Translations under genes and position numbers: made by a program
Notes under the pieces: model-generated
The model's input: the letters and a program-made list of their open reading frames with translations, nothing else
What the model was told of the DNA's origin: nothing
Databases searched by the model: none
From: an uncultured delta proteobacterium
Lineage (GTDB): Bacteria > Desulfobacterota > Zymogenia > Zymogenales > Zymogenaceae
Reading direction: 5' to 3'
DNA: 64,000 nt
Assembly (NCBI GenBank): GCA_963792965.1
Contig: CAWBYW010000013.1
Span: forward strand, 128,001 to 192,000
Shown here: positions 30,280-40,310 of the stretch, piece by piece
Position numbering within the stretch: the first letter of the stretch is position 1
Layout of the letters: each line of letters opens with the position of its first letter

Positions 30280-33274
30280 ATGAATAAAAGATCATATACG
30301 AACTCCATCGTGCACCTCTTGTTTCTCCTAATCGCGTTTCTGTTCAACTATGTCCCGCCGATAAGGAAGTATATGAAGTCGACCCAAGGCTGGATTAACT
30401 TTTCCGTTGGTTTTAGAACAGAGAACGATAGCGTTAATCAGGCAATCATTTTCAAGGATGGAAAGGTCTCGGTTAAGAAGAAGATCCCGAGTGATATCGA
30501 TGTGACGCTAATTTTCATCGATGATAAGACAGTCCTCGAGATGCTGAGAATAACGCCTAATGAGGTGATAAATCTCCTCCTGAAGAACAAGATGAGAACG
30601 GACGGTAACCTTACCTGTTTGAACCCCTTTAATTTTTACATCTCGCTGCTGTTCGGGAAAAAGCATAAGAATATGCTTGGAAAGCAGATACGGGCCGAGG
30701 TTGCCGAGAAGAGGCGTATCTCCCCCATGGCAGATGCCGCCTGCCTCGGGGAGCTCGCCCGAAGGAAGACGGTCAGGATTAAGGGAGAGCGGGTGGACCG
30801 GGGGGTTGTATACCTTGAAGACCCCTACCTATCGCGGTATGAGATCGATGATTTCCCGCGCCTGAACGAATTCCTGAAGATCCATTTCAACACGAAACCG
30901 GAGGTATGCCCGGAGAGGCCGAAGCTCTTGACCGATTTCTTCGTGAAGAACGGTTTTGAGCTCTTCCCCAATAACGGCCACGGGAGAAACGAGCTGCGCC
31001 AGGCCCGCGCGTTCAAGTACCTCATGGAGAACAAGAAGCCGATCATCCGGAAAAACGACCTCATCGCCGGAACGTCGACGACCAAAGAGATCGGCGTGAT
31101 CCTCTATCAGGACGCCCACGCGGCGCTTCTGTGGGGGGAATTGAAATCGGCGGCCGACCGCCGCCTCAACCCCTATACGATATCCGACGAGACGGTCAAA
31201 ACACTCCACTCTCATGTCCTTCCCTACTGGATGGATAAGAACTTCCGCGAATGGGTAAGAACGAAATATGGTAATCCTCTCAGTCAGCAACTAGATGAGC
31301 GTTTTGCGGTCTACTTTCTCTTTAAAGTAGCCGCCCTTTCTCACACGATTTTAGATTTCCCGAAACTCCTCAGGATCGGGATAAAGGGGCTCGTAGGAGA
31401 GATCAATGATGAGCTAAGAAATGACGCCAAGGCATCCCGGCAGAAAAGAGATACGCTGGCTGCCATGAAAATATGTCTTGAAGGGGTCACGAGTTACGCG
31501 AAAAACCTATCAAGGCAGGCGGCGCTCCTGGCAGAAGGGGAAGTCGATCCAATAAGAAAAAGGGAACTCCGGCGACTTTCAGAAATATGCAATCATGTCC
31601 CCGAAAACCCCGCCCGTACTCTTGATGAGGCGATCAACGCCGTGTGGATCGGTTGGGTGGCACTCCATATGGAAAATACGAACGCGGGGCTTTCCCTCGG
31701 CAGGATGGATCAATGGCTCCAGCCCTACTTTGAAGCGGACGTGAAGAAGCTGAAAACCAAAAAAGAGCAAACGGAATATATAAAGAGAACTATTGAGCTT
31801 GTCGGTTGTTTCTATATGCGTTGTACCGATCATCTCCCGCTGGTGCCGGATATTGGTAATTATCTTTTCGGCGGCAGTTCATCTGACCAGGCAATTACCT
31901 TGGGAGGCATAACTCCCGACGGGAAAGATGCCGTGTGTGATATGACGTATATCTTTCTTAAAGTAACTGAACTGTTGGCTATACGGGATCCTAACGTGAA
32001 TGCTCGCTTTACACCTGGGCTCAACAGCGATGCGTATCTCAAGCGGTTATGCGAGGTGAACCTGATTACAACCGCGACTCCCTCCATGCACAATGATCAT
32101 GCGGTAATGAAGTCTTTAGAGGAGCTCAATTACAGGCCCGAAGAACTCAGGGATTGGGCTGCGACCGGGTGCGTGGAACCGACGATCTCGGGCAAACACA
32201 TGGGGCACACCAACTGCATGATGATGAATATGGTGGCGGCGCTGGAAATGGCGCTGAATAACGGACGCCATCCCCTCATGAGATGGGACGTGGGCCCAAA
32301 AACCGGCAGGATATATGATGATGGAACCAACGGAGGGAACGGAGATTTCACAACGTACGATGCGTTTTTCGAGGCTTTCAGGGCACAACTCAAATTTCTG
32401 ATCGATCGTTCGGTTGAGTACAACAACATGCTCGGGGAGGCCCACAGCGTCATCCGTCCAACGCCGCTTTCTGTCGTCGCTCATCAACGGGTGCATTACC
32501 GGCGGGAAAGATGCAACGAAGGGAGGGGCGAAGTATAATTCGTCCGGTTCTGCTTGTATCGGTTTGGCGGACGTGACTGATTCGTTGATGGTCGTCAAGA
32601 AACTGGTGTATGACGAAAAGAAAATCACCCTTACAAAACTCAAAGAGGCCATCGACAGCAACTTCGAGAATAACCCCTCCCTTCATGCTACGGTGACCAA
32701 GAAGGTGAGGCTCTTTGGGAGCGGGAGCCAGGAGGCGGTGGCGATTGCAAACAGCGTAACGAAGTTTACCCATGATATATACTTTGCCCATAGGAATTTC
32801 AGGGGCGGGAGATATACGGCGGGGTTCTGGTCGATGGCCAACCACGTCGCATTTGGGACATTGGCCGGGGCGCTTCCTTCAGGGAGACGTGCGGGGAAGG
32901 CTTTCACCCCCGGCCTTACCCCTTCACCCAACGCGAGCAATAATATCCTTGATAATATCAGGGATGTTGCACAGCTGGATCCGAGGAACATGAATAATAA
33001 TATCGCCTTTAATGTAAAGATCGTCCCCGCCATGACCCACAGTCACGAGAGGACCGTTGATATTATGCATTCACTGGTAAAGACCTATTTTGACCTCGGC
33101 GGGATGCAGATGCAGCTCAATGTCGTGAACTCGGACATGCTCAAAGACGCGATGTATCATCCTGAGGACTATCAGAATCTTTTGGTGCGGATCTCCGGAT
33201 ACAATGCGTATTTTGTAACGCTAAATAAGGACATGCAGCATGAGCTTATCGAGCGCGCGGAGTATGGGATATAG
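30280..33274 (+). CDS. Glycyl radical enzyme (~1000 aa) with SCP2-like N-terminal extension; frameshift near 32468
   Basis: SLGRMDQ, TLGG, Cys loop GCVEP, GLADVTDSL, PSGR and glycyl motif LVRISGY. ORFs 30280..32538 and 32414..33274 join. Confidence 0.85.
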
Positions 33275-33410
33275 GATGAATAGCTAAAGGAAGGCGGCTG
33301 CGGCCTGACCGCTAGGAGCCGAAGACAGGTGCGGTTTTTGCCAGACTAACCGGAGCTTGCGCTGACAAAAGCCAGTTGTTATTCGTCAGTCCTGCTACTA
33401 GTAATCTATC

Positions 33411-34436
33411 ATGGAGGCATACATGAAGGCATTGATGCTCAAGGGTATACGCGACCTGGCGCTCATGGACGTCCCCGTGGCGTCGGTCGGGCCGCGGGAC
33501 GTGAAAATCAGGGTTGCCGAATGCGGACTCTGCGGCACGGATCACTCGGTCTACGCCGGGACGCTCGTGCTGCCGGGAAGTTTCCCGTTCTACATGGGGC
33601 ACGAGCTCTCGGGGATCGTGGAAGAGGTGGGGCCCGACGTGAAGGATATCGCGGTGGGCCAGCTGGTCGTCACCAATCCGGTCCGCTACTGCGGCGACTG
33701 CTATCGTTGTCGCAACGGCCAGCAACACTACTGCGAGCGACTCTTTGAACTCTGGAAACCCAACGGAGGTTTTTCAGAGTTCGTCGTGGCCGACCGCCAG
33801 CAGGTCTTCGCGGTTCCGGACGGAATAAAGCCCGACGTCGCGGCATTCGCCGAACCCGTGTCGGTCTGCATCCACTGCATCGACATGGCAGGCATCAAAT
33901 CGGGCATGGCGGTGGCCATCACCGGGGCGGGCCCCATCGGGCTGATCCTTATGCAGCTTGCCAGGCTCTCGGGGGCCTCTCTCATCTTCGTTACGGAGCC
34001 GGTGGCCTCAAAGAGGAAACTCGCTCAAAAGCTCGGCGCCGATGTGGTCGTTGATCCTACGAAGGATGACGTGATCGGCAAAGGTTTTGAGGCAACGGGA
34101 TACAAGGGGTTTGACGTGGTGATCGAGGCCTCCGGCAACGCCGCAGCGGCAAACGAGGCACTGGGGATCACCGGGATGAAGTCGACGCTCTTTTTCTTTG
34201 CGGTCTACCCGGCGGACTTTACGATCCCCATCTCGCCGTTTACCATGTACACCAAAGAGATGACGATCAAGGCGGTCTTCTTCTCTCCCTATACATTCCC
34301 GCGGGCGATAAACATGCTTGGGAAGCTGGATCTCGTTTCCCTGATCTCCCACCGGTTTAAGCTGGCCGACGCCCATAAGGCTTTTGATGCCCACGAGACG
34401 GGTGAAGCGGTAAAAGTCATGGTCAACTGCGCCTGA
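33411..34436 (+). CDS. Zinc-dependent alcohol dehydrogenase (threonine/sorbitol dehydrogenase-like)
   Basis: CGLCGTD, GHE, CGDCYRC....C, GAGPIG. The start may be 33423. Confidence 0.9.
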   Translation: MEAYMKALMLKGIRDLALMDVPVASVGPRDVKIRVAECGLCGTDHSVYAGTLVLPGSFPFYMGHELSGIVEEVGPDVKDIAVGQLVVTNPVRYCGDCYRCRNGQQHYCERLFELWKPNGGFSEFVVADRQQVFAVPDGIKPDVAAFAEPVSVCIHCIDMAGIKSGMAVAITGAGPIGLILMQLARLSGASLIFVTEPVASKRKLAQKLGADVVVDPTKDDVIGKGFEATGYKGFDVVIEASGNAAAANEALGITGMKSTLFFFAVYPADFTIPISPFTMYTKEMTIKAVFFSPYTFPRAINMLGKLDLVSLISHRFKLADAHKAFDAHETGEAVKVMVNCA

Positions 34437-34447
34437 AGGAGGAGCCC

Positions 34448-35211
34448 ATGAAACGATTGCAGGATAAGATCGCCCTCGTCACGGGTGGCGGCGGGGGGAT
34501 CGGTGGGGCGATCGCCGTCGCCTACGCAAAAGAGGGGGCCCGTGTCTGCGTTACCGACATTAAAGAGCCGGGGATGGACGAGGTTTTGGCCGAGGTGGAA
34601 AAGGCGGGGGGGAGGGGATGAAGTTCGCCCTGGACGTGAGTAACAGCAGCGCGGTGGACCGGATGGTTAAGGATATCGTCACGAAATTTGGCGCCGTGGA
34701 TATCCTGGTCAACACGGCCGGGATCTTTCACGTCAAGTCGATCGTTGAGATTGACGATGAGTCGTGGGACCGTGTCCTCAAGACTCATCTCTACGGCACG
34801 TTTTACTGCATCCGGGCGGTCCTCAGAGAATCAATGCTGGCCAGGAACACAGGCCGCATTATCAACATAGCATCGCTTGCCCCCTATGTGGGCGGCCCAC
34901 CCCGGACGGGCGTGGCAGAATATTCCGCTGCCAAGGGGGGGATCGTGGGGCTCAACAAGGCGGTAGCAAAGGAGGTTGCCTACACCGACATCAACGTCAA
35001 CGCCATAGCCCCCGGTTATATCAACACGCCCATGACGGCGGACCTCTACGCCGAAGGGCCCATTAGAGACGCGCTCCAGACCTGGAAGATCGCCAAAGGA
35101 CGGGTCGGCGTGCCGGAGGACCTCGTCGGGACGGCGATATTCTTGGCCAGCGACGACTCCGCCTACATTACCGGACAGGTCATCTTCGTGGACGGGGGCT
35201 CGATAGGCTGA
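34448..35211 (+). CDS. Short-chain dehydrogenase/reductase; frameshift in the G run near 34605-34617
   Basis: MKRLQDKIALVTGGGGGIG from 34448 continues into ORF 34618..35211 (NTAG, YSAAK, APG, YITGQ). Confidence 0.85.
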
Positions 35212-35249
35212 GTCACGCTTCCGCTCAGATACACAAGGAGGATATCGGT

Positions 35250-36116
35250 ATGCAGAAGAAAGACTTTAAATCAAGAGATCAACTCCTGGACTTCCTCGAC
35301 GACAAGGCCGAGTGGCTCAGGAGGGAGATCATACGGTTGTCGTCCATCGCCGGAGGGTCGCACCTCGGGGGCGGGCTCTCCATGACCGACATCATCGTTG
35401 CCGTCTACTACTATGCCATGAACCTGAAGCAGGGCGACCCCACATGGGCTGACCGGGATCGCTTCATCCTCTCCAAGGGGCACGGTGCCATCGCCTACTG
35501 CCCGGTGCTCGCGGACCAGGGCTTTTTCTCACCCGACTGGCTCAATACCTTCAATAACCTCGACAGCCCCTTTGGAATGCACCCGGATATGAAAAAGATC
35601 CCCGGGTGCGACATGAGCACGGGATCGTTGGGACATGGCCTTTCCGTGGCGGTGGGGATGGCGCTTACCGCCCGGCTTGACAAGAAGAACTGGCGGGTCT
35701 TTGTCCTCATGGGGGACGGCGAAATCAACGAGGGGATGGTTTGGGAGGGGGCGGCGGCGGCGTCCCACTTCAAGCTGGGCAACATCGTGGCGATCATCGA
35801 CAGAAATACGCTGTCGCTGGACGGCCCCACGGAGGAGATCATGGCCATAGAGCCGATCGCCAAGCGATGGGAGGCCTTCGGGTGGCGCGTCTTTGACATC
35901 GACGGGCACGACATGGGCGCCCTCGTGGACACACTGGACAAGCTCCCGCCGTCGTCCGATCCCACGCCCACGCTCATCGTCGCCCGGACGGTGAAGGGAA
36001 AGGGAGTCGATTTCATGGAGAATAACCCCATCTGGCACTATGCGGGGCTGGACAAGGCCAAATCGCAGGAGGCCTTGACCTGTATCGGGAACTGCCGCCC
36101 GAAAAGGAGGTCGTAA
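35250..36116 (+). CDS. Transketolase, N-terminal (TPP-binding) subunit
   Basis: DRFILSKGH, STGSLGHG, GDGE..EG, DGHD, TVKGKG. Confidence 0.92.
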   Translation: MQKKDFKSRDQLLDFLDDKAEWLRREIIRLSSIAGGSHLGGGLSMTDIIVAVYYYAMNLKQGDPTWADRDRFILSKGHGAIAYCPVLADQGFFSPDWLNTFNNLDSPFGMHPDMKKIPGCDMSTGSLGHGLSVAVGMALTARLDKKNWRVFVLMGDGEINEGMVWEGAAAASHFKLGNIVAIIDRNTLSLDGPTEEIMAIEPIAKRWEAFGWRVFDIDGHDMGALVDTLDKLPPSSDPTPTLIVARTVKGKGVDFMENNPIWHYAGLDKAKSQEALTCIGNCRPKRRS

Positions 36117-36117
36117 G

Positions 36118-37114
36118 ATGGCCGATGACGTACAAAAATCGATCGTTCTGGATTTCACCTATACTACCGATACCTACGACCAGTTTACCCAGGCCGAGGT
36201 CTACGGCAAGGTGATCACGAAGATGGCCGAAGCCAATAAAGACATCGTCGTCCTCACCTCCGACATGACCCGTTCTAACAAGACCGGCAGACTTCAAGAA
36301 GTCCTTCCCTGAGCGCTTCTTCAACTTCGGGATCGCTGAGGCTAACATGTTCGCGGCCTCGGCCGGCATGGCCACCTGCGGCAAGATCCCGTTCGTCACG
36401 ACGTTTGCGGTCTTCGCGTCGCTCCGCTGCGCCGAGATGATCAGGACGGATATCGCTTACCCGAACCTCCCGGTCAGGATCATCGCAACGCATGCGGGAC
36501 TTTCGCAGGGAAACGGCGGTACGACACACCACTCCACCGAGGACATCGCGATCCTCAGGTCGATGGCCAACATGACCGTGATCGTACCGGCGGACTCAAT
36601 CGAGACGGGGAAAGCGGTGGCCGCGACGGCCAAGATAAAGGGTCCCGTTTATATCCGTATTGGGAGGGCGCTGGAGCCGATGGCGTACCCTGATGACAAC
36701 TACGACTTTACAATCGGCAAGGCCGTCATCATGCGGGATTACGGCAAAGATGCAGCCGTTATTGCGTGTGGTGTGGCGGTAAAGGCGGCCTGCGATGCAG
36801 CAGATGAGCTGAAAGAGAAGGGAGTTAAGATCAGGGTCGTCAACATGCACACGATCAAGCCGCTGGATATCGACGCGCTCATGAAAGCCGCAAAGGATAT
36901 CGGAAAGATTATCACCGCCGAGGAGCACAGCATCGTCGGCGGGCTTGCCGGCGCGGTGTCGGAGGCGCTGACGGAGGCAGGGGTAGCGGTAAAGTTCAAG
37001 AGGCTGGGGGTGCCGGATATCTTTTCAGCCATCGGGTACCCGGACGAGCTCTACGCCCGCTATAAGATCAACAAGGACGGGATCGCTGAGGCAGTCAAGA
37101 ATATCGTATCGTAG
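36118..37114 (+). CDS. Transketolase, C-terminal subunit; frameshift near 36290
   Basis: FPERFFNFGIAEAN, GGTTHHSTED, GPVYIR, TIKPLD, EEHS..GGL. Confidence 0.88.
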
Positions 37115-37127
37115 CGGAGCCCATTGA

Positions 37128-37167
37128 GAACCGCCCCATTCGCTCTCGGTTTGGGGCGGTTCCTTTT
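37128..37167. terminator. Terminator between the convergent transketolase and V4R genes
   Basis: GAACCGCCCCA/TGGGGCGGTTC stem followed by TTTT. Confidence 0.65.
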
Positions 37168-37229
37168 GGTACCTGATTCGGTCATTCCATCCTTCCAATC
37201 TATTAAAGCCTTTCGGTTTTTCTTGCGCC

Positions 37230-37847
37230 TCACTCCCCTCCCTTCTTCACGCGGTGGATGCAGTGAGGTGCACCCATAGCCATGCAGGCCTCTTCCCGCG
37301 CAACCCACCCTTCCTTTCCCGTCGCCCAGGCGAGGATCCCCGTAACAAAGCCCGAGGTAACGTGGCAGACGGGCGTCTTGCTCGTCAGGCCGAAGGAATG
37401 CGTATTCTCGTCGATGTGATAGAGCAGGTCCTGTCCGTCGGCTTGAGCCCACGCCTTGCTGTCGGTCTCCGCCGCCACCACCCCCGCCGCCAGCTCAAGC
37501 GCGGTCTTGGCGGTATCAAACTCGCTCATCCCGGAAAAGATCTGCCGCGCTGCCGCGACAGTATCCGGGTTTTCCTCGAGTCCCCATTTGGCCTGCATCT
37601 TCCCCACCTGGAAGAGGATCGCGGCAGCTCCATTATCGCCGAAGATATCAGCAACCCCCCTGTCCGCGACCGCGACTTCCGACGCAAGGCAACGGTTTTT
37701 CTCGTGGTCGTTGGGCGGGAGATTATCCCGGTACTTCGCGAGCTTCGCGTAGTTGAGCACCGTGTTAAGGCCGTTTTCCCCGATGATTTCCCGGATGCCG
37801 AGGAGCACTACCCGAAACGTCATGTTGCTGATGAAGCGGTCTTCCAT
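37230..37847 (-). CDS. Stand-alone V4R (4-vinyl reductase) domain protein
   Basis: GENGLNTVL..A and PVCH...GF..G......E..CMAMGAPHC. RBS GAGGTG precedes ATG 37847. Confidence 0.8.
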   Translation of the reverse strand: MEDRFISNMTFRVVLLGIREIIGENGLNTVLNYAKLAKYRDNLPPNDHEKNRCLASEVAVADRGVADIFGDNGAAAILFQVGKMQAKWGLEENPDTVAAARQIFSGMSEFDTAKTALELAAGVVAAETDSKAWAQADGQDLLYHIDENTHSFGLTSKTPVCHVTSGFVTGILAWATGKEGWVAREEACMAMGAPHCIHRVKKGGE

Positions 37848-38205
37848 GATACACCTCACGAAATGTTACAACACGTACGCGGGCACCTGGATCTATCAGG
37901 CGAGAGCATGGACGTTTACGATTATACCATGAACTGCTTTCATGTCGGAAGAAGAAATATGGACCCGCCGATAAACCAGATAATTCTCCGCCGAAACGCT
38001 CCACATACTCCTCCTGGATATCCTCTACGGTATACTTTAAGTATTCTTGGTACTCTTGATTGGGAAATGGCCGGGGAGGTGCTTCAGGTTTGCGAAGTTG
38101 TTGATGCTATTAGGGAAGTGGGCCGCAAAGAAACGACGGAGGGCATTGGGTGGACACGAACTGAAAATGAGTCAGGCACCCAATCGCGTAACTCATTGAA
38201 ATCAT

Positions 38206-38280
38206 TGGAGCCGGAGGGGAGGGTTGAACTCCCGACCTGATGATTACGAATCAACTGCTCTACCACTGAGCTACTCCGGC
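38206..38280 (-). tRNA. tRNA-Thr (anticodon CGT), CCA encoded
   Basis: GCCGGAG acceptor stem, GCTC/GAGC D arm, TT-CGT-AA loop, GGGAG-TTCAACC-CTCCC T arm. TTGACA lies upstream on the minus strand near 38320. Confidence 0.95.
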
Positions 38281-38466
38281 CCATCTGATTTTATCAAAAC
38301 TATATCTTTTGTTCCTTTTTGTCAAGCACTTGGTGGATAAAAAATTGTCCTCACTGCGTATCCGGCGCGGCCGGGCGCGTAAGAGCTCCCTTTCAATATC
38401 AAAAAGCTCTTGCGGTTATACCTCCTTCTGTGTTACCTTTTAGCTCCAACCAACAAGGAGCCGACG

Positions 38467-38916
38467 ATGGAATCAATACCGTCTCCGTACGTCTCGCGGG
38501 GATACCGCGCCTACATCCTGATCGCGGGCCTCTACGACATGCTCGTCGGCCTCTCCTCGTTCTTTATCTATCCGGTCACGTACGTGCTGATGAGCACCCT
38601 TGACCCGTACCTTCCGATGACTGCCGCCGGGTCCATCGAGATGATGCACCTGAAGATGAACGGTGTCTTCATGATCTTCGTCGGCTTCGGCTACCTCTTC
38701 CCATACCTGAACTACGAAAAGTTCAAGTTCTATATCCCCGTCTTCGGAATCGGCCTCAGAGTATGGGGCGGCGCCTTCCTCGTCTGGGCGTGTCTCTTCT
38801 GGGCGGTTCCCGTCACCTACTGTATCCTCGGGATTGTGGATCTCCTTCTTGCGGGAGGGTTCGTGATGTTCCTCTTGGGCTACCGGAAAAAACGGATCCA
38901 CATCAGGAACTATTGA
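38467..38916 (+). CDS. Hypothetical membrane protein (about 4 TM)
   Basis: AAGGAG RBS before ATG 38467; hydrophobic segments. Confidence 0.65.
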   Translation: MESIPSPYVSRGYRAYILIAGLYDMLVGLSSFFIYPVTYVLMSTLDPYLPMTAAGSIEMMHLKMNGVFMIFVGFGYLFPYLNYEKFKFYIPVFGIGLRVWGGAFLVWACLFWAVPVTYCILGIVDLLLAGGFVMFLLGYRKKRIHIRNY

Positions 38917-38972
38917 AGCCGTCTCGCGTCCGGTACGTCCGATACGCGGCGAGGCATGCGGCCGGCCTTTTC

Positions 38973-40136
38973 CTACGAGCGAATCGGATACTTTCCGTAT
39001 TGCCTGACCGCCTCCATCATGTACCGGATGTTTTCCACCTTGATATCGGCGTGGGAGTTACACGGGCCCAGTATGAGCCCGCCGCCCGGCGCCGCCTTCC
39101 GGATCACCTCGCGGACGTGATCGTAGACTTCCTCCCGTGTCCCGTGCGAGAGGACATGGGCGATGTCCAGATGTCCCAACAGCGAGAGCTTGTGCCCCAC
39201 GGCACCCCTGACCTCCCCGAGGTCCACGCCCGCCGTCGGCTCCAGCGAGTGCTGGCCGTCAAAACCCCATTTGATGAAGTAGGGAAGGAGCGGCATCGTG
39301 TTGCCGTCCGTATGGATGATGATCGGGAGGCCCTTCTTGTGGGCGCGGTCGGTGATCTCGCGGAACGCTTTTCCCCAGAGCTCTTCCATGAGCAGGGGAT
39401 TTAACATCGGGCCGGATTTGTAGGCCATGTCGTCGGAGTAAATGATCCCGGGCAACCCCGCGTCGGCCGAAGCGTCTACGCACTTGAGATACCAATTCTT
39501 ATTGTATTCGATGGCTTGTTCGATAAAGCCCCGCTCCTTTTTGAGGAGACGCGTAAAGATCGGAAAGCCGAAGGGCTGCCAGATGTTCTCGAAGACCCCG
39601 TAGAGATGGGAGCCGAACAGGTAGATATCATTTCCGAATTCCTTCTTGATCTTCACGTTGAAACGGAACATCTTTTCCGGGAAGCGCTCCCACGCCCTTT
39701 TCGAGAGGCGGCGCCAATCCTCGGGCGACTTCAGCATGCCGCCGATGTACATCGGGGTATCCATGTTGCCGTAGCCGTCGTCCACGACCTTGTAGAGGCG
39801 GCCGAAGATGTCGGTCATATGTTTTGAGTCCTTGATGAGGAAGATATTGGCGTAGAGCGCCCAGGTGGCGTCATATCCCATGATCACGTCGGAAGTGAGC
39901 TTCTTCATCATGAACTCCCACACGTCGCGCTCGAAAAGCCCCATCCTGTTGAGGAGCGGGGCGCCGATGTCGATGAGCCGGGCGGTGAAAGGGTTCATAA
40001 AATACTTGTAGGAGTTGTCGGGCTTCTCGCCCAGGATGTCGTAGATCTGTTTCTGGACGTCGATGCAGGAGATCGTGGGGACGACGTCGGGCTCCCGGTG
40101 GGCCAGCGCCGCCTTGACTCGTTCGATCTTATCCAT
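38973..40136 (-). CDS. Uroporphyrinogen decarboxylase / MtaA-family protein
   Basis: ERVKAAL...EPD.VP, SDDMAYKSGP, IHTDG, LLGHLD, GGGLILGP.NS. Confidence 0.8.
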   Translation of the reverse strand: MDKIERVKAALAHREPDVVPTISCIDVQKQIYDILGEKPDNSYKYFMNPFTARLIDIGAPLLNRMGLFERDVWEFMMKKLTSDVIMGYDATWALYANIFLIKDSKHMTDIFGRLYKVVDDGYGNMDTPMYIGGMLKSPEDWRRLSKRAWERFPEKMFRFNVKIKKEFGNDIYLFGSHLYGVFENIWQPFGFPIFTRLLKKERGFIEQAIEYNKNWYLKCVDASADAGLPGIIYSDDMAYKSGPMLNPLLMEELWGKAFREITDRAHKKGLPIIIHTDGNTMPLLPYFIKWGFDGQHSLEPTAGVDLGEVRGAVGHKLSLLGHLDIAHVLSHGTREEVYDHVREVIRKAAPGGGLILGPCNSHADIKVENIRYMMEAVRQYGKYPIRS

Positions 40137-40310
40137 AGGACACCTCGAATATGGTTGATATATTGTATGATTGTGATCTAATGACCTCGTTTTGAGCCTT
40201 CCGTGGCCCTCCCTCACGACCGGATTCGATGCCACGGGCCCTGGGGCGCGTCGTGGGCCTTGTCCGGCCCAATGGCGCGTCACGGTCCGCCGCGCCGATC
40301 GAATGTACGA

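Larger units (their letters stand above)
15073..38252. mobile_element. ~23 kb genomic island integrated at tRNA-Thr(CGT), no integrase inside
   Basis: Flanked by the intact tRNA and its 47-bp 3' duplicate, with TGGACAC repeats just inside both ends. Confidence 0.85.

Noticed and set aside
30280-33274. Pyruvate formate-lyase
   Set aside because: It has the single-Cys GCVEP loop rather than the adjacent Cys-Cys of PFL.
38237-38255. U-U mismatch in the tRNA-Thr anticodon stem as a sign of a pseudo-tRNA
   Set aside because: Single mismatches are tolerated, and the other arms, CCA and promoter look intact.
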